A stretch of 64,000 nucleotides of DNA from a virus. Its lineage: Duplodnaviria > Caudoviricetes. A program made the position numbers and the translations under genes. Positions 55,939 to 64,000 of this stretch are shown one piece after another. The stretch covers positions 64,001-128,000 of the IMG/VR virus record IMGVR_UViG_3300028603_000017; one strand, written 5' to 3'. The notes beneath the pieces are model-generated. The model did not search any database. It was not told the origin of the DNA and was given only the letters and a program-made list of their open reading frames with translations. The number at the start of each line of letters is the position of its first letter. The stretch's first letter is position 1.

Positions 55939-58053
55939 TTAATAAATAGGAATATCTCCAAACAAACCTGATCTTAGGTTTGTAGTACCATCTCTTTGAG
56001 CACCTTTAAATAAAATATCTAGGATACCAACTTGGTCTCTGATAAACTGAGCTACTCTGGCTTTAGAAAGCATTTGTTCCATTTGACGAGTCTTTTGAGC
56101 CGAACGTAATCTAAACTTGGCTGATGTATACATTTGGTCATATAGACCAACAGAGCCTAAAATATTGATATAGTCTTGATAAATACTTTCATCATCAAAT
56201 AAGTCTGTTGGTACAATAGCGCTTCCAATAGCTTCTAAGAAAGTCTTATTAGCAATAGGCATAGCCATAATAGGAGACAGATCAGCTACTGAGAAAGTAA
56301 CATCTATTCTCATAGCATCGCCATGCTTATTAAAGCCTAAATTAGAAGTACCTCTATCAATAGATAAAGAATCTATAATGCCTAAACGAGTTTGCTGCCT
56401 ACCTCTATCGTAAAGCTGTACAATAAAAGGTGATGTATAAGACTGCTTACCCGTCATCATGGGTAAAGCTCCCGCCAACAACATACACAGCGGAATATAA
56501 ATATTGGTCATTTGGGAAATAGGATTCCCATACGGACTCATCAAGTTGATCGTATAATTGGCTTTAGGTAAATTAGCAATAGAATTTTCCCAGTTCTTAG
56601 GAATAATCGTAAAAGCTTTACCAGCCAAAGCCATTAGACCACCAATATTTAAACTATCTAAAGCTCCTTCAACCATACCTTTGACGGCTCCAATTGTGCC
56701 TTGGAGCATGTCACCAACAACATTACCACCAATCATATTACCGCCAGCTGTAGCAAATGATAGTGCTTTATTGGATGCTACAGTACTGTTAAACTTATTA
56801 GCGAGATCATTATCTACAGTGTTGTTGGTAAATGATTCTTGTACTGGACCTGTAGAGTTTACTCTGAATGTAGCAAACGCTGCACCATCGTCGTACTCAC
56901 TGGCTAAATAATCGCCCCAACCACTAGGCTCTGGTGCTTTAGTGCCGTCAGGATTTACTTTTAAACTTCTTTCGAAATCAACAGATTTTTCTTTATCAGT
57001 CCAATTATTGGTAGGAGCAGTTAGCCACTTATTTAAAAGATTAGCTAACGTTCCTCTATCACCAGGATTGGTATTGGCTTTATCTAAACTGAATTTAGCT
57101 ACAAAACCACTGACACTCTGAGTTCCATCACTGATAGTTCCATCAGTAGATGCATCAAACTCTTCGTTGAGTCTTTTGTCTAAAGCATTTTTCATTCTCT
57201 GGCCGCGACCAGATAGTGAGACTACATCAATACCGCCAGTATCAGAAAATATAGTCGGCATCATGAGAGCCATATCGTCCATAGCAGCTTGATCTATCTT
57301 ATAGTTATTTCCCATGAATTGCGAGCTACTGCTTTCTAATTCATCAGGAAACAAACCACGCCTAATAGCTATTTGGTTAACCATATTGTTAACAGCTAAC
57401 CAATATGTTGGCATTGTTGGTTTAAAATAATAAAAGCTACTGGTAGGCTTATTAAAAGCAAAACGTAAAGCATTACCAACAAGACTACCTAATACCAAAG
57501 GCCATGTAACCAGATAGGTTACCATACCTAATAGGCTACCTAAAGATCTAAAAAAACCTTGATCTAACCTACCTGTTCTCGCCATCGTTGCAGCACGATT
57601 GTCAAAGAACCCCGTAAAGAAAGTCAACATAGAGTTAAACTGTGGTACACCAAAACGCATATGGATAACCTGAGCAGTATCGTCTAATGCTTCGCTATAA
57701 TAGTGTCCCATACCCGTTTGGTGGCTATTAGCAGATACACTTAAATCTGTTCTTTGTGCTAGAAACCCTTTAACAGGAAAATCAGCATATTTTGTAAACT
57801 GTGGTCTAGGATTAATCACATAGTGTCCACCAGCGCTGGAGTCTTGAAACTTAAAATGTGCTGATGTAAAAGTTCTATTAATCTTTTCTTCTTCTGTTAC
57901 AGCTCCAGATAAAATCATAAAGGATTGTTTAATCCAATTCGAATCTCTTTCTTTATCTAAGGCTTCAGCTTCAAACTGTCTTTTATTGCTGATGAGTTTT
58001 TGTGCTTTTAATTCTGGAGACTCTTCAGTAGCATGCATGTATGATGTAGTCAT
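55939..58053 (-). CDS. Tail/baseplate hub-associated virion protein (phiKZ gp182-like)
   Basis: INPRPQFTKYAD, GMGHYYSEALDD, MRFGVPQFNS, SPYGNPIS and GIIDSLSIDRG motifs. Directly downstream of the tape measure gene. Confidence 0.75.
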   Translation of the reverse strand: MTTSYMHATEESPELKAQKLISNKRQFEAEALDKERDSNWIKQSFMILSGAVTEEEKINRTFTSAHFKFQDSSAGGHYVINPRPQFTKYADFPVKGFLAQRTDLSVSANSHQTGMGHYYSEALDDTAQVIHMRFGVPQFNSMLTFFTGFFDNRAATMARTGRLDQGFFRSLGSLLGMVTYLVTWPLVLGSLVGNALRFAFNKPTSSFYYFKPTMPTYWLAVNNMVNQIAIRRGLFPDELESSSSQFMGNNYKIDQAAMDDMALMMPTIFSDTGGIDVVSLSGRGQRMKNALDKRLNEEFDASTDGTISDGTQSVSGFVAKFSLDKANTNPGDRGTLANLLNKWLTAPTNNWTDKEKSVDFERSLKVNPDGTKAPEPSGWGDYLASEYDDGAAFATFRVNSTGPVQESFTNNTVDNDLANKFNSTVASNKALSFATAGGNMIGGNVVGDMLQGTIGAVKGMVEGALDSLNIGGLMALAGKAFTIIPKNWENSIANLPKANYTINLMSPYGNPISQMTNIYIPLCMLLAGALPMMTGKQSYTSPFIVQLYDRGRQQTRLGIIDSLSIDRGTSNLGFNKHGDAMRIDVTFSVADLSPIMAMPIANKTFLEAIGSAIVPTDLFDDESIYQDYINILGSVGLYDQMYTSAKFRLRSAQKTRQMEQMLSKARVAQFIRDQVGILDILFKGAQRDGTTNLRSGLFGDIPIY

Positions 58054-58078
58054 ACGGCTCCTTATTTCAGTTGTCCGT

Positions 58079-58123
58079 GATAGTAGCAGACTATAGTGGT
58101 TTAACCACTATAGTCTGCCTATG
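58079..58123. terminator. Palindrome 15, left end degenerate
   Basis: GATAG-ta-GCAGACTATAGTGGTT-t-AACCACTATAGTCTGC-CTATG, downstream of the tape measure stop. Confidence 0.65.
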
Positions 58124-58131
58124 CTGTTTAT

Positions 58132-61100
58132 TTATGAAACTGCAACAGGTGCTGTAGGCATTCGAGCAGTAGGTCTGCTCGGTGCTCTAGAGTTCTTAGC
58201 AGTATTGAGTGTTTCAGGCTCTGGCTTCTTTGTCGTCTCAGGCTGTGGTGCTTTATTGACTAAATTAACGATATTGGTTTTAATATCCTTAAGTGTCGTT
58301 AAAGTCTCAGTCTGTACGTTCAAGGAAGACTTTAGAGTCTCATGCATAGATGACACAGAATTATTGAGCTGTGTACTAATTGCTATTTGAGAATCTATTT
58401 GTGGTCTACTAGACCTATTGATAGTTTCTCTATTTCTTTTCATAATAGATGCAAATTCATCTGCATCAGGTTTTAAATCGCCTGGTCTATAAGTAGGATT
58501 AACAGCTGTTCCAGGTGTTGGTTTGGTCTTTTCTACAGAGCTAGCATAACCAGGTCCAACATTTGCAGCTTTAGAATCCGTATATGTTTTAACAGCTTCT
58601 CTAGCAGAAGTCGCTGTCTGTACTGTTTTTGGTTTTTCAATAGCTGTAGCTACAGTATCGGCAGGAGTGTTGTTAGCTGCTTCATAATGAGAGTTAAATC
58701 TACCCTTTTGATACTCTACGAAATTAACTGGTGTCATACCAGGCTTCATTCCGTTAAGCTGCATAGCTCTTAGAGTAGCGGGAGATGCTTCACCAGTTTT
58801 AACAGCTTTGATAAAGCCTGGACCGATATTGTGCATCATATATAAGTTTTCACCTGATACTTCCAAACCACTCTTAGTTAGCATATCAGCATTTTTCTTA
58901 GCCAATAATGCAGTCGCTAGGGTATTGATCCTTTTATCATACCTAGGATCTTCTGATGTTCTAAAACGTTTACCTATCTTGGTCATTCCTATTTCTTGAC
59001 CTTCGGGTGTTTTAGCTAAAGCATCCCAAGTACCTTGTGTAAACTGTCCTACACCAATAGCGCCAGTAGGTGACATTTGGTTATCCCAACCAGCTTCCAT
59101 CTTAACGAAGCCTCTGAGGACTTTTTCATCCATACCGTACTTTTGAGCAGCTTCAGTAATATATCCATCAATATCTTCACCAAATCCTTGGAAAGATCCT
59201 TTTGATTTAAACCTATTGCCAGACTGGATACTGGCAGGTTTTGGCTGAGTAACTTGTGGTTTAGGTGTTTGTGCTCTATCCCATTTACCAGTAGTTTCAG
59301 CACTAGAATCTGTTGCAACAGGCGGTGTAGGTTGATTGGCTTGTTGGTTAGCTACTTGTTGTTTGTTAGCTTGACTGGTAGGTTTACCATTATTTTTAGC
59401 TTGAACAACAGCGTCTTCAACAGCTTGCTCAGCTGTTGTTTTGGTAGCTATTTTATCTTCAGGTAGTTTGCTGTCTTTTGCTTTAGATTCTAAGAAAGTA
59501 ATATTGTCATTAACAATCGTAGAATTCATACCTATCGTGTAACCAGTCCAAGGACTTTGGTTAACCACCCAAACACCCATGGTAGTACTGATAGCTTTAG
59601 CAATATCTAGCTTTTGCTGATTAGATAGTCTTGTTTCATCTATAGATGCTTTACCAGCACCTATTGATTGTCTGACCAAACCAACATAGTTTAAGTATAC
59701 AGGCAAGAATCTTTGTTGGAACCAAATACTCCAGTTAGAAGCATTAGGAGAGTTTAAGTCAGTAATACCAAACTCAGATCCTATTAAACTTAATACTTTA
59801 CCAGCATCGGCATTAAAATAAGCTTTATTCTCAGAATCAAAAGTAATATCACCAAGTAAGTCTTTTTCTAGCTTTCTTAGTGTATTAACTTTAGATCTTT
59901 CCATTTCTGTTAGACCATATGTTTTAAATCTAACAGCTTCTAAAGCAGTTACTGTAGGTTTAAATATATTAAGTACGTAATTACTAGCTGATTTAATAAT
60001 CTGTCCGTGTAATGCAGCAAACGGAGTAATTAGTCCTAACGCAAATCTACCTGGAGCTGTCAACACATTTAGTGTCTTTTTAAGTTTATCAGCAAACCAA
60101 CCTATTTGTTTAGGTTGTTCTACAGGCGTTATTGATTTAGCTTTATCTTCATTAGATACTGCTCCAGCTATAGCGCTAGCTGTGCCTGCTGTAACAGCAC
60201 CTTCTGTTACTATTTTTTCAGCATATTTCTTAGCAGGATCTTTAGATTCCTTTTCAGCTTGTTCTTTGGCTTCTTTCAAAGCCAGATCTCCATAGTAGTC
60301 TACTAGCTTATGATCGGCTCGTAATTGAGTTTTCTTAAAAGGTGAGACCAAACTAGAATAATTGACTTTAGCTTCTTTAGCTAAACCAATATAAGTTTCT
60401 TTGTCCTTACCATCGAGTTTATCAACATCACTTAATGGTACCTTTGCATTAATTTTATTCAATGCAGTCAAATGAGCAGAATATACAGGCTTGAACCTAT
60501 TGGAGAACCAATAAGACCATTCTTCTATTTTCTTAACATTATCTCGCTTGGTATCTTCTGGATTGATGTCAAATATCTTAAGTAGTTTAGTGACCAATAC
60601 ATCATCAATATCAAAAGTAACTTGATCTTCTGATGTTTTGGTATATTTAAGCATTTGGTTTTCTAGCTCAACAATCTTAGGTACTTCTTCAGCTTCATCG
60701 ATAGAAAGACCGTATTGAGCCATTCTCATCTTGACCAGATTAGAATATTCTTTCTTAGTAAAGTACTTATAAGCTTTATAAGCACCATAGCCGGCTAGAC
60801 CTACACCTATGGCAGTTAACGTAACGGGTGATGTCAGGACAGCTCCTATACCGCCTAATATAGCAGGTACCGCTGCTCCTAGGGTGGACATTGCTCCACC
60901 CATCATCGGTAGAGCTTTAGCCAATCCCCACATACCTGCTTTACCTAAAGCGCCAATACCTTTTAGACCAAGTCCAGCAGTTTTACCTAAGACAGTGCCA
61001 GCAGTACGTAATACGCCTTTTTTACCAACTGATCTAACCAGGTTTTTTAGTTTACCTAATTTGCCTTTTGGTTTCCTGCGTCTTCTTTTTTTACTAGGCT

Positions 61101-63999
61101 CTCCAGTAGTAACATCGATATCGACACCATCCCCGTCTTCGTCTTCATCGTCGTCACCAAAGCCTAATAAACCCATAATACTGTCTTTAGCACCTTTTAC
61201 TTTACCTAGTAGTCTATCAATAGCGTTTTGTCTACCAGGTTTTACAGTCGTATTTACTCTTTCTTTCTTTTTAGACTCACTGTCTTCATCCTTAGACGAA
61301 AATTGATCTTGCCAACTACCGTCTCTATCACCATCACCATCTCTATCTGAGAAATGAGATTTATCAACAGGTAGTCGCTCGTCTAGTATATTTCTTATTT
61401 GCTCTAGAACTTCAATAGACTTCTTACCGCCAGTACCACCATTTAAAGCATCTAAGACACCTTGGAAGAAATTACCAGCCTGATTAAGGCCTCCAGCCAT
61501 AGCGTCAGTAACAAACTTACCTGCTTTTAAAATAGATCTACCTACCCATTTTACAGCACCTACACCAAAACCAAATAGTTTCATCATAGGTGTTTTAATA
61601 GGTTTTCCATCTACATCTACTAAGCCTTGCTTTAATTGATCTAGAGTCAATACATATTGCTTAGGATTCTTAGCATCCATTATTGGACCATCTATTTCAG
61701 ACGGTTTAAATATTGGTTTGCCTGTTCTCTCAGAGATATATCCGCCTGTTCGCATGATAGATGCTAAGAGAATAGGTTTATCATCTCCCTTGAGGTAGAT
61801 ATCGATAGGTTGGTCTAATAGATCAAGAGCTTTTTTCCTGACCCAATTAACTGCTTTGAATGCTCCAGTCCAACCAGCTATTGTTGCATTATAGGTAAGC
61901 TTACTATAATCAAGTACTTTACCACCTAACCATTTGGTTAGTTTAATAAATGAACCTGATCTAGAATCTTTGGTATAAGCATTAGGCATTTCATCTAAAG
62001 ACAAAATAACTTCACCAGATTCATCTACTATATCGCCTTGGAGTTTTTCTAAATCTCCAAATCTATAAATAGGTTTTTTAGTAACAGAATCAAAATACCT
62101 ACCAGCTCTTAGAGCTGCTGCTTTAAGGCGAGGTTTATTTTCACCTTCTATGTAGATATCTTTAATGAGTACTTTATTGGCTGCCCAGTTTAAAGCTTTA
62201 CCAGCTGTCTTAAATGAAAATCCAGCTGATTTCAAAGACAACTTAGTACCCATCTTAGCAGACCGCAGAGCAGCTTTATTCACAGGCTTTATAAACTTAT
62301 TCCAAGCAAAACTACCTAGTTTACCAAAAGAGCCTTTTAAGTTATTAAAGAAAGTATCTTTAACAAATCCTTGACTTTCTGGATCAAAACCTCCAGGCAT
62401 TCCAGTATTAGGATCTTTGATAAATAGTGCTGGTAGCTTTTCTATTAGATAGTTTTCTATTCTCTCTAGAATCGTATTGGTATTTTGGACTTCTTCTTTA
62501 ACACCAGTATCTACAAGAGTTTTATCTAAAGCTGTTAAAGTTTCAACATTTTGCCTGACAAAACCAGTAAACTCTTTTTGGTTTTCTTTATGTAGCTCTA
62601 AAAAGTCTTTTAGAGAATTAGAGTTATCTGATAGAGTATTTGTAATTCTCTCTACGATTTCTTCTATTCTAGAATCAACAGGCACTGAAGCTGTTTGTGT
62701 AGGTATAATACTAGCTGGTTTGTCAAAGCTTTGGTTTATAGTGTCTTTAGTAGACTGAGGTTTCCTATCACCAATAAAACCACCAGCTGTATAACTTCTT
62801 AAGACATTATCAATATTGACAGCTGTACCTTCTTCATTGAGCAAACCTAGGTTTCTAAGTTCATCATAATAACCAGCATTAACCAGTTTTTGTATTTCAC
62901 TGGCGGGATTATATAAAGATCTACCAATTCTAGAAGTAGATTCATTTAACTTATTTCTTTTTTCTTTGTAATTATCTTTATCGTTCAAGTCACCAAAGTA
63001 TTGTCTAAATACACTTAGAACTTGTTTGATTTGATCATCATCCAAAGCCGCTCTATCAAAGAAAGATTTAGATGTGAGTCTTTCAGGAGATAGTCTTCTT
63101 TTATTGTACTTATCTCTGGTCATGATATCCATGACAGCGTTCTTTTGCTCTTCCGAGAGCTTGCCTTCAGGATCTATTGTTCTAAAGATATCTTGCTTAT
63201 TGTCTTCATGAGACTTAATAGATCCTTGAGGAATGAGTTTATCTATCAAAGATCTTCTCATACCTTCAGCTGACTTGAATTTATTATTATAAGGATCATA
63301 GCTGGTAAGACCAATAGATTCGTCACCCGTTCTAAGTACTTGAATCTCTCTTAAGATTCTAGATAGATAACCAGGAATAATTTCATTGATAGACTTGCTA
63401 TTTCTATTATTCCAAAAAGTTGGTTGTAATCCATTTTCTAAAGCATCCGCTTGAATAGACGCATCGGCTCTTTGGTTACCTATGATATCTTTTCCGATAT
63501 TTTTAAGACCAGCTTTGAGCCAGTTGTCTTCATAATCGTATTTATTAACATATTCAGTTGCCATCTCAGGCAAATTACTTAATACATACTTAGCTTCTTC
63601 AGAAATCTTTCTAACTTTAGGTGATTTTTCTAATTGTTTTCTTATTTTACCACCGAGTTTTCTGCCACCATATTGGATAGCTTCTTCTGTACCCATGGTG
63701 GCTAAGATTTCTCTCCAGCCAGGACCGCCTTCCATATCTCCAGCTGAGCTACCCATTTCTGCACCCATAGCGGCAGCTGATGTAGCTTCTTTGAAGATAT
63801 CGGTATATTCTCTTATTTTAACGCCTAGGTTTTTAAAAGCTTTATTTAAAAAAGAATGCGTAGTACCAAACAAAGACTCCATAGCCTTTGTTTTGATCAT
63901 ATCCTTAAATCTTTCTGAATCCTTTATTTTAACGTATTCAGGTAAAGCTGTGTTCTTTGTTATCTTTTGGAAGTAAGTATCTGATAGAGCTGAGAGTTT
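58132..63999 (-). CDS. Tape measure protein with C-terminal lytic transglycosylase (phiKZ gp181-like); 5' end outside the window
   Basis: The frame stays open upstream of Met 63900 to the window edge (KLSALSDTYFQKITKNTALPEYVKI). It has internal repeats, hydrophobic Gly/Ala segments and an SLT domain (AAQKYG...KMEAG...AIGVGQF...LYMMHNIGPG, about 58700-59180). Confidence 0.9.
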   Translation of the reverse strand, partial: KLSALSDTYFQKITKNTALPEYVKIKDSERFKDMIKTKAMESLFGTTHSFLNKAFKNLGVKIREYTDIFKEATSAAAMGAEMGSSAGDMEGGPGWREILATMGTEEAIQYGGRKLGGKIRKQLEKSPKVRKISEEAKYVLSNLPEMATEYVNKYDYEDNWLKAGLKNIGKDIIGNQRADASIQADALENGLQPTFWNNRNSKSINEIIPGYLSRILREIQVLRTGDESIGLTSYDPYNNKFKSAEGMRRSLIDKLIPQGSIKSHEDNKQDIFRTIDPEGKLSEEQKNAVMDIMTRDKYNKRRLSPERLTSKSFFDRAALDDDQIKQVLSVFRQYFGDLNDKDNYKEKRNKLNESTSRIGRSLYNPASEIQKLVNAGYYDELRNLGLLNEEGTAVNIDNVLRSYTAGGFIGDRKPQSTKDTINQSFDKPASIIPTQTASVPVDSRIEEIVERITNTLSDNSNSLKDFLELHKENQKEFTGFVRQNVETLTALDKTLVDTGVKEEVQNTNTILERIENYLIEKLPALFIKDPNTGMPGGFDPESQGFVKDTFFNNLKGSFGKLGSFAWNKFIKPVNKAALRSAKMGTKLSLKSAGFSFKTAGKALNWAANKVLIKDIYIEGENKPRLKAAALRAGRYFDSVTKKPIYRFGDLEKLQGDIVDESGEVILSLDEMPNAYTKDSRSGSFIKLTKWLGGKVLDYSKLTYNATIAGWTGAFKAVNWVRKKALDLLDQPIDIYLKGDDKPILLASIMRTGGYISERTGKPIFKPSEIDGPIMDAKNPKQYVLTLDQLKQGLVDVDGKPIKTPMMKLFGFGVGAVKWVGRSILKAGKFVTDAMAGGLNQAGNFFQGVLDALNGGTGGKKSIEVLEQIRNILDERLPVDKSHFSDRDGDGDRDGSWQDQFSSKDEDSESKKKERVNTTVKPGRQNAIDRLLGKVKGAKDSIMGLLGFGDDDEDEDGDGVDIDVTTGEPSKKRRRRKPKGKLGKLKNLVRSVGKKGVLRTAGTVLGKTAGLGLKGIGALGKAGMWGLAKALPMMGGAMSTLGAAVPAILGGIGAVLTSPVTLTAIGVGLAGYGAYKAYKYFTKKEYSNLVKMRMAQYGLSIDEAEEVPKIVELENQMLKYTKTSEDQVTFDIDDVLVTKLLKIFDINPEDTKRDNVKKIEEWSYWFSNRFKPVYSAHLTALNKINAKVPLSDVDKLDGKDKETYIGLAKEAKVNYSSLVSPFKKTQLRADHKLVDYYGDLALKEAKEQAEKESKDPAKKYAEKIVTEGAVTAGTASAIAGAVSNEDKAKSITPVEQPKQIGWFADKLKKTLNVLTAPGRFALGLITPFAALHGQIIKSASNYVLNIFKPTVTALEAVRFKTYGLTEMERSKVNTLRKLEKDLLGDITFDSENKAYFNADAGKVLSLIGSEFGITDLNSPNASNWSIWFQQRFLPVYLNYVGLVRQSIGAGKASIDETRLSNQQKLDIAKAISTTMGVWVVNQSPWTGYTIGMNSTIVNDNITFLESKAKDSKLPEDKIATKTTAEQAVEDAVVQAKNNGKPTSQANKQQVANQQANQPTPPVATDSSAETTGKWDRAQTPKPQVTQPKPASIQSGNRFKSKGSFQGFGEDIDGYITEAAQKYGMDEKVLRGFVKMEAGWDNQMSPTGAIGVGQFTQGTWDALAKTPEGQEIGMTKIGKRFRTSEDPRYDKRINTLATALLAKKNADMLTKSGLEVSGENLYMMHNIGPGFIKAVKTGEASPATLRAMQLNGMKPGMTPVNFVEYQKGRFNSHYEAANNTPADTVATAIEKPKTVQTATSAREAVKTYTDSKAANVGPGYASSVEKTKPTPGTAVNPTYRPGDLKPDADEFASIMKRNRETINRSSRPQIDSQIAISTQLNNSVSSMHETLKSSLNVQTETLTTLKDIKTNIVNLVNKAPQPETTKKPEPETLNTAKNSRAPSRPTARMPTAPVAVS

Positions 64000-64000
64000 C

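Noticed and set aside
1102-58123. Palindrome family as a CRISPR array or a true integron
   Set aside because: The elements are kilobases apart with non-identical stems, lack the attC RYYYAAC/GTTRRRY ends, and flank essential core genes on both strands. No cas, integrase or HUH transposase gene is visible in the window.
61310-61350. DRDGDGDRDG EF-hand-like motif in the tape measure protein
   Set aside because: A real motif, but I recall it as a common feature of this protein family, and calcium binding cannot be supported from sequence alone.
1-64000. tRNA or rRNA genes, chimallin, PhuZ, or a recoded genetic code
   Set aside because: None recognisable. Intergenic gaps are short and coding density is high under the standard code. 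Nucleus formation is inferred from lineage only.

Overview
This AT-rich window is a core segment of a phiKZ-like (Chimalliviridae-type) jumbo myophage. The spanin pair implies a Gram-negative host. The window opens inside an internal head protein gene and ends inside the tape-measure/lytic transglycosylase gene. Between them lie a DnaB-like helicase, the major capsid protein, two split RNA polymerase beta fragments (non-virion and virion types), a central spike, SbcC, four paralogous tail-fibre-like genes, a CYTH-like protein, a spanin/holin-like lysis cluster without an endolysin, RuvC, portal, RNase H, RecA/UvsX and many hypothetical or virion genes. All family assignments come from motifs and gene order recognised by eye; no database search was run. 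The most striking unexplained structure is a family of 15 intergenic palindromes. Thirteen have both conserved ends (CATA...TATG), a nearly fixed length (mostly 39-40 bp), variable inner stems and usually a 1-2 nt bulge next to the end motif. One sits at every convergent gene junction, and only two have a U-tract. Second is the modular fibre array: proline and Cys-Pro hinges, a P25-S-P-E-P12 run, nested domain insertions and three Gly-rich domains.
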